A stretch of 64,000 nucleotides of DNA from an uncultured Candidatus Entotheonella sp. (GCA_965215335.1 CBDCDA010000001.1:672001-736000), one strand, 5' to 3'; positions 49,303-60,034 are shown, counted from the stretch's first letter. Numbers and translations are program-made. Notes: a model not told the origin generated them from the sequence alone.

Positions 49303-49328
49303 GTCGGATCAGCAAAGCGTAATACGGC
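49299..49328 (+). repeat. GTAG-family REP supplying the dhaA stop codon
   Basis: GTAGGTCGGATCAGCAAAGCGTAATACGGC. Confidence 0.65.
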
Positions 49329-49358
49329 TCCGCAACCTCCCCCCCACGTCCAGCGTCC

Positions 49359-50153
49359 CTAGCGTCCCTTGAACGTCGGCTTGCGCTTCTCCAGGAACGC
49401 GCTCAGGCCCTCCTTGGCGTCATCGCTGCGCGACAACTCCGCAATCGCCTGCGTCTCGTGCTCCATCTGCGTTTCCAGGGTGCCCGTCCAGCCGCTGTGC
49501 AGCAATCGCTTCGCCATGCCCAACGCCCTCGTGGCACCACCGGCCAGTTGTCCGGCCAAGGTGCCGGCTTCTTCCTGCAGTTGGGCGTCCGGTACGACCC
49601 GGGTCACCAATCCCCACCCACACGCCTCCTGCGCCGACAGCATCCGGTTGGTCAAAGTCAGTTCCAGAGCCCGTTTCAGACCCACAATACGCGGCAGGTA
49701 GTACGTGGACGAGCCGTCCGGCGTCAGTCCGGCGCGGGTGTAGGCCATCGTGAAACGGGCCGATTCGGCTGCCAATACGATGTCAGCCCCGCATGCCAAG
49801 CTCATGCCGGCGCCGGCCGCCATGCCGTTGACGGCCGCCACCACCGGCGGGTCCATGCGCATGAAGCGCGACACCGCGGCGTGGAAATAAGTCGTTACCT
49901 CCTTCAGGTGATACGGCAGGTTGTCACCCTGCGCCCCGAAGCTCTTCAAATCACCACCGGCGGAAAACATCGGGCCATTCCCCGTGACGATGACGGCGCG
50001 AATCCCGGCGTCCTCGCTGCACTGCATGGTCGCGTGCATCAAGTCCCTGGCTAATTCGGTATTGACGGCGTTGGCGGCGTCAGGCCGGTTCAGCGTAATG
50101 CGCGCCACACCGTCACGAACGTCAAACAAAAGCGTTGTGTACGACATATCCAT
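49359..50153 (-). CDS. Enoyl-CoA hydratase/isomerase (PaaG-like)
   Basis: LNRPDAAN, FSAGGDL, AAGAG, GLTPDG. Confidence 0.9.
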   Translation of the reverse strand: MDMSYTTLLFDVRDGVARITLNRPDAANAVNTELARDLMHATMQCSEDAGIRAVIVTGNGPMFSAGGDLKSFGAQGDNLPYHLKEVTTYFHAAVSRFMRMDPPVVAAVNGMAAGAGMSLACGADIVLAAESARFTMAYTRAGLTPDGSSTYYLPRIVGLKRALELTLTNRMLSAQEACGWGLVTRVVPDAQLQEEAGTLAGQLAGGATRALGMAKRLLHSGWTGTLETQMEHETQAIAELSRSDDAKEGLSAFLEKRKPTFKGR

Positions 50154-50195
50154 ATCTACCCCATCTATCCCGGAATCCCGTTACGTTTTCCCCGG

Positions 50196-50972
50196 CTACC
50201 TGCCCTGCCACTGCGGCGCCCGCTTCTCGGCAAAGGCCCGTGGTCCTTCCTTGGCATCCTCGCTCACCAACAACTGGTCATACATGGCGCGCGTCAGCGC
50301 CGCAATTTCCCGCTCGCCCATTTCCTGGCCGCGGTAGGCCAGTTCCTTGAATATGCGCAGCGACAACGGGGCATTGCGGACCATGCGCCGCGCCAGATCA
50401 AGGGCCTCGTCCATCAACCGGTCTCCCGGCACCACCTTGTTCACGAAGCCGATTTCGTAAGCACGCTGGGCGGTTATCGGTTCCGCCGTGAAGACCAGTT
50501 CCAAAACGTTGGCCATCGGGATGAGCCGGGCAAGATGGGCCGCGAACGGCGGCAACAAACTCCAGCGCGATTCCGTAATGCCCAGCTTGGCATCGTCGGC
50601 TGCCAGGCGCAGATCGCACGTCTGGGCGATGGCCCAACCCCCGGCCATGGCATATCCGTTGATGGCGGCGACAATCGGTTTCCAGATGCGCGGAAACATC
50701 GACAGGCTGTCGCTGCCCAGGCTGTCGCTGGCCCTTGCCCGAACCCCGGCGGCGTTGTCGGACGTGCGCTCTTTCAGGTCCCGGCCGGCGCAAAAGGCCC
50801 GGCCGGCGCCGGTGACGATGGCCACACGCGCGTCGTCGTCCTGGTCGAACTGCAGCACCGCGTCGATGAGCTCCTGCTTCAGTTGCCGGTTGATCGCGTT
50901 CAGCGCCTCGGGACGATTCAAAGTAATCGTGACGACCTGCTCGTTCTTGTCGTACAGAATGGTTTCAGCCAT
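50196..50972 (-). CDS. Enoyl-CoA hydratase/isomerase
   Basis: LNRPEALN, FCAGRDL, KPIVAAING. Confidence 0.9.
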   Translation of the reverse strand: MAETILYDKNEQVVTITLNRPEALNAINRQLKQELIDAVLQFDQDDDARVAIVTGAGRAFCAGRDLKERTSDNAAGVRARASDSLGSDSLSMFPRIWKPIVAAINGYAMAGGWAIAQTCDLRLAADDAKLGITESRWSLLPPFAAHLARLIPMANVLELVFTAEPITAQRAYEIGFVNKVVPGDRLMDEALDLARRMVRNAPLSLRIFKELAYRGQEMGEREIAALTRAMYDQLLVSEDAKEGPRAFAEKRAPQWQGR

Positions 50973-50990
50973 GAAGAACCTCGTCCCGAA

Positions 50991-51434
50991 CTAGTCCACG
51001 ACCTCGACGGATTGACCGACCCGTATGTGGCCGCTCTCGAGCACCCTGCCCCACACCCCGCCGCGCATCTCCGGGGTCAGTCCCTTGCGCAATCCGGTCT
51101 GCAATTCGTCCATGCGCTCGCAAGGCTCCGTTTCACCGTGAATCTCGAACAGGCAGTCGCCGATGCGCAAACGGCTCCCGACCGTACCCGGCAGATCGAG
51201 GCCGTCGACCAGCAAATTGGCGCGGCGCGTGTGCCACGGCAAGTCCATGTCCAGCTCCGCCATCACCTGCCGCCACTGCCCGGCATCGATGAAGGTGACC
51301 TGCCGCCGACCGGCGCCGCGGTAATCCTCCACAATGCCGTCCGTCGCCGTCACGCTGGCCTCCTGCACTTCCCGCATGGGCGCGCGGCTCGCACCGCGCA
51401 ACGCGATGCCCTGCAATGTCGCTCGACTGCTCAT
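50991..51434 (-). CDS. MOSC domain protein
   Basis: RQVTF, RRANLLV, TEPCERM, RGGV. Confidence 0.85.
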   Translation of the reverse strand: MSSRATLQGIALRGASRAPMREVQEASVTATDGIVEDYRGAGRRQVTFIDAGQWRQVMAELDMDLPWHTRRANLLVDGLDLPGTVGSRLRIGDCLFEIHGETEPCERMDELQTGLRKGLTPEMRGGVWGRVLESGHIRVGQSVEVVD

Positions 51435-51463
51435 CCTGTGCGTTCCTTTCCTCGGCTTTCCAG

Positions 51464-52297
51464 TTATTCCCGCTTCAGCAAGGCTTCCAATACCGATTCG
51501 ATACTCGGCGGCTCGGCGTGATCCTTGAAACCGGCGAGCCGCCGGAAGACTTCGGCCGCCGCCTGATGAAATCCGCCCGGCAAGCCGGCCGCCTGGAACG
51601 TTGCCGCAATCTCGTGCATCTCGCCCTCGAAGCGCCACGCCTTGGCGGTGTTGTCGCAGACACGTCGCACGGTTTGAGCCGTGAAAGCGTCGCCCCATTG
51701 GCGCGCCAGGTCGGCCCGCACCCCTTCTTTCTCGACCATGCCGAGGATGGCGGTCAGCAAGGCCGTGCTGCCCTTGGTGAAGGCGGCGTAGCCCATTTTG
51801 AGCGCCGAGGCGCCGCCGATGCGCTCGGAGATGACCGAGGCCGACAGCGGGCTGCCGGCAAAACACGCCGACACCTCTGCGGCGCGTGGGCCGGACAGAT
51901 ACAGACTCGTCCCGGCTTCGCGCGTCCAAGCCGGCCCGCCGATGATGCCGCCATCAACGTAGTCCGCGCCGCCCTTCCCGACGATTCGCTGGAGGCCGCG
52001 CGTGCGTTCCGGCGACACGGCGTTGCAGTCGACGTACAGGCCCGCGAAGCCGCATTTGGCAACCTCGACGGCCACGCCCTCGGCGGCGTGCGGCGGACAG
52101 ACGGACAGCAGAATTTTACTCGTCGCCAGCACCTCCGGCACTGTGGCAACGTCCTGCAGGGCGCTGCGCCGGGCTCGCTCCCGCGTGGCCGCGGAGCGGC
52201 CTCGAGACGCCCACAGCACGGTATGCCCGTTGCCGCTCGCCGCGGCCCCCACGGAGGCGCCCATTGCTCCGGGATGAAGGAGTCCGATACGTATCAT
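51464..52297 (-). CDS. NAD(P)-dependent oxidoreductase with DUF1932
   Basis: HPGAMG, DCNAVSP, DGGIIG, ASALKM, KAWRFEGEM. Confidence 0.85.
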   Translation of the reverse strand: MIRIGLLHPGAMGASVGAAASGNGHTVLWASRGRSAATRERARRSALQDVATVPEVLATSKILLSVCPPHAAEGVAVEVAKCGFAGLYVDCNAVSPERTRGLQRIVGKGGADYVDGGIIGGPAWTREAGTSLYLSGPRAAEVSACFAGSPLSASVISERIGGASALKMGYAAFTKGSTALLTAILGMVEKEGVRADLARQWGDAFTAQTVRRVCDNTAKAWRFEGEMHEIAATFQAAGLPGGFHQAAAEVFRRLAGFKDHAEPPSIESVLEALLKRE

Positions 52298-52537
52298 GTC
52301 CCGTCCTTCGCTAACGACGACATTCGCAAGCCACAAGTATCCGGCCTAAAGCCCGGTTCCGCATGGTCATATGCCAAGCCGCTACTGTCAACGGTTTTTT
52401 CGCCCGCCAGGCCCAGCGGGTTCTACCAAAACGCCTGTTTGTCCTTTCCGAGCGCAGTGACTATACTCCGTCGTCATCTCGTTGTCCTTGCTTTCCTCTC
52501 CCCTGATCACGCCGTTTTCTCGAAGGACCGAATATCC

Positions 52538-54151
52538 ATGGCCGCTGGCACCATCCGCCAACCGCCCCCGGCACCGCTGCAGGCAGGCACCGAGGCGAAC
52601 CAGCCACAACGCAGCGCCGGGCCACGCATCTCGCCCGACAGCCCGTCTTACAAGTGGTGGGTAGCCGCCACGGTCATGCTGAACGCCTTCATCGTCATCA
52701 TGAACAACGCCACGGTCAACCTCGCCCTGCCGCCGATCATGACCACCTTCAGCATGAATCTCGACCAGGTCCAGTGGGTCATCAACGCCTACATGATCGC
52801 CGGTGCCGTCATCGTGCCTACGGTGGGTTGGCTGGGTAACGTCATGGGCAACCGCAATCTGCTGTTCATCAGTCTGTCGATCTTCGTCGTCAGTTCCGTC
52901 CTTTGCGGTCTCGCCTGGAGCGGCAACTCGCTGATCTTTTTCCGCCTCCTGCAAGGAATGGGCGGCGGTCCCGTCATGCCGATGGCCATGGTCTTTCTCA
53001 CGCAGACTTTCCCGCCCCACCAGCGCGGCCTCGCCATGGGCCTGTACGGACTCGGCATGTCGTGCGGCCCGGTCGTCGGTCCGGTGCTCGGCGGTTACGT
53101 CACCGAATACCTGCACTGGCGCATGGTTTTCTATCTCAACACCCTGCCGGGCATTATCGGCATCGTGCTGGTGCTCCTGGTCATTCCAAATACCCGTGAA
53201 ACGATCAGGCGTCATTTGGACCTGCCTGGCCTGGCCACCCTCACGGTATTTCTGGTCAGCCTGCTGATCGCATTGAGCCAAGGCCAGCGCTATGGCTGGG
53301 ATGCGCCGTTGACGCAACGTCTGCTGCTCACCGCCTGCCTGGCATTTGTCTCTTTCGTCGTCATCGAACTCTACCGCAAGGAACCGCTGGTCGATCTGCG
53401 TCTGTTCAACAATCTGGCCTTTGCGGCCGTGTCGGTGGCGTTGTTCGTCACCGCCATGGGTTTTTGGGGCACCAACTTTCTGCAAACCTTCCTGCTGCAG
53501 CGATTGTTCGATTACACCCCGGCGCAGGCGGGCTACATCGTGCTGCCGGGCGCCCTGACCATGGCCCTCACGACGGTCTGCGCCGGCCGCCTCGTGGACA
53601 AGGTCGACCGCCGCCTGGTGGTGTACGGCGGTTTGGGCATGTTCATCGCGGCCACGTATGCGTTTTCCTTTCTCAGCCTCGACCGCCCCACGAGCTGGAT
53701 GATCAGCATGATCGTGGCACGCTATTTCACCATGGGATTCATCTTCATCCCGATGGCGGCAGCGGCGGTGATGGTGCTGCGGCCCGAGCAGGTGCGCATG
53801 GGATCCGGGCTGGTCAATCTGATCCAGCACGGCCTCGGTGGCACCATGGGCCTGGCCCTGATGACCACTGTCTTGCAGCGCCGCACCACCTATCACAGCG
53901 GCATCCTGGCTCAGGAGCAGGCCGCCTCGCCCTTGCCCTGGCCCGATGTGGTGGGCCCCGTCAACGACCTCCTGCTGCACGCCGGCGAGGTGGGCGGCGT
54001 GATGGAAACCAAGACCCTGGCCATGGTCCAGCGGCACCTGGTGCAGCAGGCGTCCGTGGCCGCCTACCAGGACTGCTTCATGCTGGTGGTCATCCTGTGT
54101 CTTGCGGTAGCCCCCCTCATCCTCTTCATGCGCCAGCGCCGGGCCGCCTGA
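52538..54151 (+). CDS. DHA2-family (EmrB-like) MFS efflux permease
   Basis: 14-TM pattern, FRLLQGMGGG, GPVLGGY, EPLVDLRLF. Confidence 0.9.
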   Translation: MAAGTIRQPPPAPLQAGTEANQPQRSAGPRISPDSPSYKWWVAATVMLNAFIVIMNNATVNLALPPIMTTFSMNLDQVQWVINAYMIAGAVIVPTVGWLGNVMGNRNLLFISLSIFVVSSVLCGLAWSGNSLIFFRLLQGMGGGPVMPMAMVFLTQTFPPHQRGLAMGLYGLGMSCGPVVGPVLGGYVTEYLHWRMVFYLNTLPGIIGIVLVLLVIPNTRETIRRHLDLPGLATLTVFLVSLLIALSQGQRYGWDAPLTQRLLLTACLAFVSFVVIELYRKEPLVDLRLFNNLAFAAVSVALFVTAMGFWGTNFLQTFLLQRLFDYTPAQAGYIVLPGALTMALTTVCAGRLVDKVDRRLVVYGGLGMFIAATYAFSFLSLDRPTSWMISMIVARYFTMGFIFIPMAAAAVMVLRPEQVRMGSGLVNLIQHGLGGTMGLALMTTVLQRRTTYHSGILAQEQAASPLPWPDVVGPVNDLLLHAGEVGGVMETKTLAMVQRHLVQQASVAAYQDCFMLVVILCLAVAPLILFMRQRRAA

Positions 54152-54217
54152 CGCTGTGTTATACTGCACCCGCAATTCGCCCTTTCGTCGCGCACGATAC
54201 CCTCGCAAAGGAAGCCA

Positions 54218-55060
54218 ATGATGAGTGTTACGGAAGTGGTCTTTGTGGTTGCGGCGCCGTTGGTCCTGCTGGTCCTGGCTCGCCTGGTTCTGCAGCGGGT
54301 GCTCGGTTTCAGCCTGCGGGTGGCGCTGACCGATCACGACAACCCGGCCATGGGCCTGGCCGTAGCGGGGTATCTGTTCGGGGTCATCTGGACCATCACC
54401 GTGCTGCTCGGCACGCCGGGCCGCGGCTTGTGGCAGGACGTGCTGGACGTGGCGCTGTACGGCGGATTGGGCATCGTGCTGCTGACCGTGGTGACGCTGG
54501 TCAGTTGCCGGCTTTTCCTGGGCCTGCACGTACGTGAACAACTGGAGGCGCACAACGCCGCGGCAGCCATCGTGGTCGCCGGGACTTACGTCGCCACCAG
54601 CCTGACCTACAGCGGGGCGTTGGACGGCGAGGGCGGCGGGTTCTGGATCCTGCTGCTCTTCTTCGTCCTGGGCCAGTTGGCCTTGCTGGCCATGACCTAC
54701 GTCTTTCGCTGGCTCACCGGCTACGACGACGTGCAGGAAATCGGTTCCGGCAACCTGGCGGCAGGCATCGCGCAGGCGGGATTGCTGATCGCCCTGGGCG
54801 TGGTGGTCGGCCAGGCCGCCTCGGGCGAATTCACGACCCTGGCGGATTCGTTGCTGAGCTTCGTCACCGCCCTGCTGGTCGTCGTGGTGTTCTATCCCGT
54901 ACGGCAACTGGTGGTGCAGTGCCTGATTCTCGGCGGACCAATCAGGTTTCGCAGCACCCTGCTGGATAACGAAGTCGCCGCCGACAAGAACATCGCTGCC
55001 GGGTTGCTGGAGGCCAGCGCCTACCTGTCCACGGCCCTCTTCATCACCTCGGTCATCTGA
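54218..55060 (+). CDS. DUF350 membrane protein
   Basis: Repeated helical hairpins: DNPAMG, HNAAAA, GNLAAG, KNIAAG. Confidence 0.75.
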   Translation: MMSVTEVVFVVAAPLVLLVLARLVLQRVLGFSLRVALTDHDNPAMGLAVAGYLFGVIWTITVLLGTPGRGLWQDVLDVALYGGLGIVLLTVVTLVSCRLFLGLHVREQLEAHNAAAAIVVAGTYVATSLTYSGALDGEGGGFWILLLFFVLGQLALLAMTYVFRWLTGYDDVQEIGSGNLAAGIAQAGLLIALGVVVGQAASGEFTTLADSLLSFVTALLVVVVFYPVRQLVVQCLILGGPIRFRSTLLDNEVAADKNIAAGLLEASAYLSTALFITSVI

Positions 55061-55068
55061 TCCACAGG

Positions 55069-55099
55069 GCAGGTCGGATCAGCGCAGCGTAATCCGACA
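55069..55099 (+). repeat. GTAG-family REP
   Basis: GCAGGTCGGATCAGCGCAGCGTAATCCGACA. Confidence 0.7.
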
Positions 55100-55117
55100 T
55101 TCCGCTCCGATATTCCG

Positions 55118-57043
55118 CTATAAGCGGCTCAGATATAGAATCGTCTGCTTCTTCTGCTTCAGCATGCCTTCCCGCCTGGAAACCGCCACCAGAATTCCCG
55201 GCGTGCGGCCCTTCAGCACTGCCACACCGCTCACCACGCCATCGAATCCGGGGCTCACCGGCGACAGCCTGAAGCCTTGCGGCGTCTGGCGCACCAGCAC
55301 CACGTGGCCGCCGCTGTACAGATTCAGGTTTGGAACCATTCCGAGCCTGCCCTGATTCTGCGGAACCAGCACCTCGTCAATGCCATCGCCGTCGAAGTCC
55401 GCAACCGCCGGAATGGCCTCGAAGTCAAACTGTGCCTGCTCAACGACCCTGGGACTGTAACGTGTCTCCAGCGCGGCAAATACGTAGCTGCCGCCTACGT
55501 CTGTCGGAGACGTCCAGCGCCTGGTCTTGCCGTCGTACACCTGCAGGTTGTGGCCCTCATCCACAAATACCAACTGACGATTTCCCGGTGCGCCGAGTCG
55601 GGCCAGGGCAGCGCCGGTGGCACGGAACCCCCCCGGCAGCGGCAGCTTGCGCTGCCGCTTCAAGCGGCCGTTCCGCAGTTCGTACTGCCTCACCTGGCCG
55701 CGCCGGAAAAAGTCCTTGCCGTCGAAGCGCTGCCCCCACACGCTCTCGTTGACCCCGTCGCCGTCGGTATCCACAGCAAGCAAAATGTCCGGCAGACCCT
55801 TCTGCTGCCGGACCAGCTGACGATCTTGCAGAAACAAGAGAAACGAATCCATGCCCCGCCGATTCGGGCTGTAGCGATTCACCACCACCCCGGGCGTCTG
55901 CCCGTCGCCGAGGCGCACCAACTGCGCGCTCAACAAGGTGCCGGGCCGTCTGTCGGAATAGGAAGCGATGAGGGTCAACCGATTTTCGTGTACCTGGTAC
56001 ACCGACACCTGGACGCCGCTGAGCATCACCAGCTCGGTCTGGCCGTCGTCGTCGATATCCGCGGCATCAAAGCCGCGCAGTTCGGTCGGGAATTGCGCCA
56101 GCGCCAAGTAGCGTTGTTCCAGGGTAAGCGGGTCGGCACTGAGCAGGCTCTGCAGCGTCGTCAGGTCGTCCACCGGCACCGGGGGCGCCTGAACCGCCGC
56201 GGCAGGCGGCGGTCCGGAGCGGGTTAGCGGCGTAGAAGCGGCGGGTGGTTGCGAAACGGGCGGTGAGACCGGCCGTTGAGCCATGAGCGCAGCCTCGGAA
56301 AGAATAGCCAGAGCCGTGGTTACAGGCGTTTGTGGCTGAGTGGGTGCAAACAACCGGAGTTCGACAACCGTCGTGTCGCCGGCCTCCCGCAACACCGGCT
56401 GCGCAACGTAAGCCACGCCCAAAGCCCCCGCCATCTCGGACGTGACCTCAGGCGTCAGCACGTCCCCGGGCGGCAGGTTGCGCTCCAGCAGCCACACCGT
56501 CAGACGGGCCCTTGGCGCCACGTAAAACCGGCCGGTGGCGTTGAGACCACGCTGCACGGCATCGGCCAGCGCGGCCAACGGCATCGCGCGCCCGGTCTGG
56601 TCAGTTACCGGCAGCAGCCCGAGGGGCAGGCGCCCGGCGGTAATCCGCACCTTGTCTCCGGCTTGCACCGTTGCGCTATCAGCCGCGTCCGTCAGCGTTG
56701 CCACGGCGTACGTCTCGGCCACCTGCGTCACGGTGACCGTTCCCAGGTCCTCTTCCAGCCGTCCCAACACCTCGCCGGTGCTGGGCGAGGTCAGTTCCTC
56801 GCCTTCCCGGAACACGTTCAGCCGCATGCCCTCGAGCACCTGATCCCGCGCCCCCAGGCCGAGGTAAAGCTGCTCGCCCTGCACGTCGACCACCTCACCC
56901 TGCAGGTGCGGAAAACGCTGCGCCAACTGATCCGCCACGTCGCTGGCCGCGGCGTCGAGGTCATAACTCCCCTGCGCCAATACCAGACAAGGCCACAGCA
57001 ACAGCCCTGTCATCCATGCAAGGCATCGTACCCGGCAAGTCAT
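55118..57043 (-). CDS. Exported protein with FlgT-C-like domain and FG-GAP/VCBS repeats
   Basis: LYLGLGARD..GMRLNVFREGE..P.TGEVLG; ADIDDDG, DTDGDG, ADFDGDG. Confidence 0.75.
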   Translation of the reverse strand: MTCRVRCLAWMTGLLLWPCLVLAQGSYDLDAAASDVADQLAQRFPHLQGEVVDVQGEQLYLGLGARDQVLEGMRLNVFREGEELTSPSTGEVLGRLEEDLGTVTVTQVAETYAVATLTDAADSATVQAGDKVRITAGRLPLGLLPVTDQTGRAMPLAALADAVQRGLNATGRFYVAPRARLTVWLLERNLPPGDVLTPEVTSEMAGALGVAYVAQPVLREAGDTTVVELRLFAPTQPQTPVTTALAILSEAALMAQRPVSPPVSQPPAASTPLTRSGPPPAAAVQAPPVPVDDLTTLQSLLSADPLTLEQRYLALAQFPTELRGFDAADIDDDGQTELVMLSGVQVSVYQVHENRLTLIASYSDRRPGTLLSAQLVRLGDGQTPGVVVNRYSPNRRGMDSFLLFLQDRQLVRQQKGLPDILLAVDTDGDGVNESVWGQRFDGKDFFRRGQVRQYELRNGRLKRQRKLPLPGGFRATGAALARLGAPGNRQLVFVDEGHNLQVYDGKTRRWTSPTDVGGSYVFAALETRYSPRVVEQAQFDFEAIPAVADFDGDGIDEVLVPQNQGRLGMVPNLNLYSGGHVVLVRQTPQGFRLSPVSPGFDGVVSGVAVLKGRTPGILVAVSRREGMLKQKKQTILYLSRL

Positions 57044-57108
57044 GCGCCTCCCCCCTGTCGCCTGCTGCCGGAGCAGCTCCGCGTTGCAGAGCATTTCCGC
57101 ATCAAGTT

Positions 57109-57198
57109 GTCGGTCGGATCAGCGAAGCGCAATCCGACGTTCCCCGGCGCCCGGCAGGTTTCTGCTGTCGGGTTACGCCGGCGGCTAACCCGACCTAC
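57109..57198. repeat. GTAG-family REP inverted doublet (REPIN-like)
   Basis: GTCGGTCGGATCAGCGAAGCGCAATCCGAC ... GTCGGGTTACGCCGGCGGCTAACCCGACCTAC. Confidence 0.75.
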
Positions 57199-57214
57199 TT
57201 GAAGCCACTGTGTT

Positions 57215-57934
57215 CTAGCGGTTGACTTGCCGGCCCTGGCCCTTTGCATATCCGCCCTCATGTTCAATATTTTCCCAGCCCAGGATGACCTTGTACGCCT
57301 GCTCCGCCTGCGGCATGCGCACCACCAGGTACACCGTGTCGGATTGCTGCGCGTCATGATGCCTTCCAACAATCACCGACAGCCCGTCGTAGGACACCGC
57401 ACGCCGTTCGGCCCAAGCCGCAAACGTGCCGCTTTCCAGGGCGTGCGTCAGATAGCTCGCCACCGTTGCCGGCACCTGCATCTGTCGCTGCCGAGAAGCC
57501 GGAATGCCGCGCACCGGAAACCGGGTCAGAACCCCATCATCCGTCAGCACCGCAACCCGCCTCAGCTTCTGATGATCGCTCTGCTTGCCGCGGATGCGAA
57601 ACACCGCCACTTGCCCCGCTTCGCCGTCCCAGGTCGTTGCGCCCCACGGATCATTTCGTCTTGGAAGCGAAACATGGATGGAGAACGACGCCGGCTGCTC
57701 CGTGAGTTCCAGCGGCTGCGGCTGCCGGTCGCGGAATAGCACGAATCTGGAACGCCGCGTGTCGAGGAACGACTCGATGCCCGGCAACGTGCGGTCTTCT
57801 GCAAAATACATGAAAACACGCTCGGGAACGCTGGCCACCTGGAGCTGGTACGTGACCGCATCCGACATCCCCACCCAGCCGACCAGGACGGCGGCCGACC
57901 AACCCAATCCCGCTGTCAATCCGCGATTCTTCAT
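57215..57934 (-). CDS. Hypothetical exported protein
   Basis: 239-aa ORF with signal peptide. Confidence 0.7.
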   Translation of the reverse strand: MKNRGLTAGLGWSAAVLVGWVGMSDAVTYQLQVASVPERVFMYFAEDRTLPGIESFLDTRRSRFVLFRDRQPQPLELTEQPASFSIHVSLPRRNDPWGATTWDGEAGQVAVFRIRGKQSDHQKLRRVAVLTDDGVLTRFPVRGIPASRQRQMQVPATVASYLTHALESGTFAAWAERRAVSYDGLSVIVGRHHDAQQSDTVYLVVRMPQAEQAYKVILGWENIEHEGGYAKGQGRQVNR

Positions 57935-58202
57935 GGCCCCATCCTTCTACAACGTTGTCATCCCGTCACGGGGAGAAGATGATACCAGCAGCCTTCCGAA
58001 AGAGGCAAACGCACGGACGGGGTGTTGTGCCTCAGGGTCAGACCGAACAGCGAATGAAGTGCGTTCAGGGGGATTGCCGCTCAGGTGAAATTGGCGGGCT
58101 TGACGGAAGCGCCATGAAAAACGCTGATCGGGAAACGGGCCATGGTCCCTGCGTTGGGGGTGGGCGACAGGGGTGCGGAAAGCATTGCCGATGGCTGAAC
58201 AG

Positions 58203-58238
58203 CAATGGCCGACGACTGGGGGAAGCCGTCGGCCATTG
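58203..58238 (-). terminator. Hairpin downstream of porin gene 1
   Basis: CAATGGCCGACG...CGTCGGCCATTG, 12-bp stem. Confidence 0.6.
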
Positions 58239-58261
58239 GGGCCTGCTTGGCGGGGGTTGGA

Positions 58262-59836
58262 TCAGAAGCTGTAAACCACTCTGGCGCCGGCACCCATCAC
58301 GTCCTGGGACTCGTATTTCATCCCATTCACCATCAGATCCAGAGCGTCTCCCATCATGGCATACGCCACGAACAGGGAAATGGTGGTGTTAGAGTAGAGC
58401 TGGTAATCCAGCCACACGTCGACCTCAGTCGCAAGGTGCGACCCACCAGCGTAGGTAGCGCCATAAAGAGGGTCCCCTTCATCTACTTCCGGATTTATCG
58501 TCCCATCATCCTCATCCAGCTCATACTTGGTCCCATCCGCGTCCTGCCCATCCCTCGGGATACCCGCAGTCTCTTCGGCGGTATTGAAGAGACCCAAGGA
58601 CGCCGAAAGGGTCGTTCGCGGCGTCAGCGTATAGCCTGCCTTGACGGCGGCGTGCACCAGGCCGAAGCTCTCGTGCCTGATGTTTCCCTGAACGGAATCG
58701 CCGACCAGGAGGGGTCCCAGGTCGTTATAGGTGGGACTGCCAGAGGAAACGCCAAACAAGCTGAACCACTGGGTAGCATGAGGGATGCCCCAGACACCGA
58801 TCACGTCATAGTCCTTGTCGGTGCGCTGTGTGCCATCGGAGTTGACTCCACTACCCGGCGTGTACACAACCCGACCCGAAAGCGACAGCGGGCCGGTATT
58901 GTAGTCGGCGCGCACATCCAGCAGCATGGACTCGGTGTCCCCCGCCAGCTGATCGTCGGCAAAGTACAGGATCAGGGTAGGCGAAAAGCTGAAATCGGCA
59001 TAATCGTAACGCAGGGTGCTGCCGATCCAGTGGCGGTTTTCCTCATACGCCGTATTGCTGCCCGAACCGTATAATGCGCCCGTGTCACAAGGCTCGTCAG
59101 GGTCATCTGCTTTTTCTACCTGACCGCATTCCGTGAAATGGAATGCGTAGATCAGATCAGCCTCCAGACCTTCCGCAAGCGCGATGGTGGCGCGGGTACC
59201 GACAGCCCAGTCGTCGCCATGAGCATCGATGGTCGTGAGTCCCCAGTCAGCACCCCCCGACCCGAGATAACCGTCAAAGTCCTGCCCGATCCACGAAAAC
59301 CACGTGTAGGTGCTGATCGTATCACTGAGCGGGACGCTCAGGGTTGCGCCGGGGGCAGCGGTGTTAAAAATCTTGTTGGCTGCAGACCAACCTCCGGACT
59401 CGGCGGCGAAATACGGGACGCCGAGCTCGAACTTCGCCGCGGTGCCAGGAAGCAGGCCTTCAATCCAGTACCCTTCAATCGTCAGATTGCCGCTGTAGGC
59501 TCCGACGCCTATCTGGTAGGTCTCTACACCCCAGTGCTGATCCACGTGCGTCTGAGCAACCACCTTGGTATTCTCGAACGCTTCCACCGAAATCCTGAAA
59601 TTGAAGCGCTGATGCATCCAGGTCAGCGAGTCTTCATCACCGCTCTGGCCTGGTACCGCGGGGTCTCCCAGCACCGCATCCGTGTAGTTGCGATCGCCAT
59701 GGGAGTAGTTCTCCAACATGAGGAAACGGAAATCCATGTTGCCGGAGACCGTCAGCCGGTCGTCGGCCGAGGCCGACGCGCTCATCATGAAAAGCCCTAC
59801 GAACAGTAGGACGAGAAGTCGAGTTACATAGGTCAT
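58262..59836 (-). CDS. Outer-membrane beta-barrel (porin-like) protein, copy 1
   Basis: Signal peptide (ASA-DD), alternating amphipathic strands, C-terminal ARVVYSF Bam signal, AAGGAG RBS. Confidence 0.82.
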   Translation of the reverse strand: MTYVTRLLVLLFVGLFMMSASASADDRLTVSGNMDFRFLMLENYSHGDRNYTDAVLGDPAVPGQSGDEDSLTWMHQRFNFRISVEAFENTKVVAQTHVDQHWGVETYQIGVGAYSGNLTIEGYWIEGLLPGTAAKFELGVPYFAAESGGWSAANKIFNTAAPGATLSVPLSDTISTYTWFSWIGQDFDGYLGSGGADWGLTTIDAHGDDWAVGTRATIALAEGLEADLIYAFHFTECGQVEKADDPDEPCDTGALYGSGSNTAYEENRHWIGSTLRYDYADFSFSPTLILYFADDQLAGDTESMLLDVRADYNTGPLSLSGRVVYTPGSGVNSDGTQRTDKDYDVIGVWGIPHATQWFSLFGVSSGSPTYNDLGPLLVGDSVQGNIRHESFGLVHAAVKAGYTLTPRTTLSASLGLFNTAEETAGIPRDGQDADGTKYELDEDDGTINPEVDEGDPLYGATYAGGSHLATEVDVWLDYQLYSNTTISLFVAYAMMGDALDLMVNGMKYESQDVMGAGARVVYSF

Positions 59837-60034
59837 GGATTGAACTCCTTTGCTTGGCCTACGTTTGGTCCGTGGTTGGCAGCCCCTCGTTACGAGCTTG
59901 CCCAATGGTCACCCTTCACCCCAGCGTACACCGGAGGTGCGCGCCGATGCACTACGGCATTCCTGGCTATTGGCATCGCAACACGTTGCAGGACGTGCCC
60001 CCCTCTGCCTTTCCAGGTTTTAACGTAAAGTGCA

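Noticed and set aside
51416..52537. Large N-terminal domain on the MFS pump
   Set aside because: Antisense to the DUF1932 oxidoreductase; MFS similarity starts near ATG 52538.
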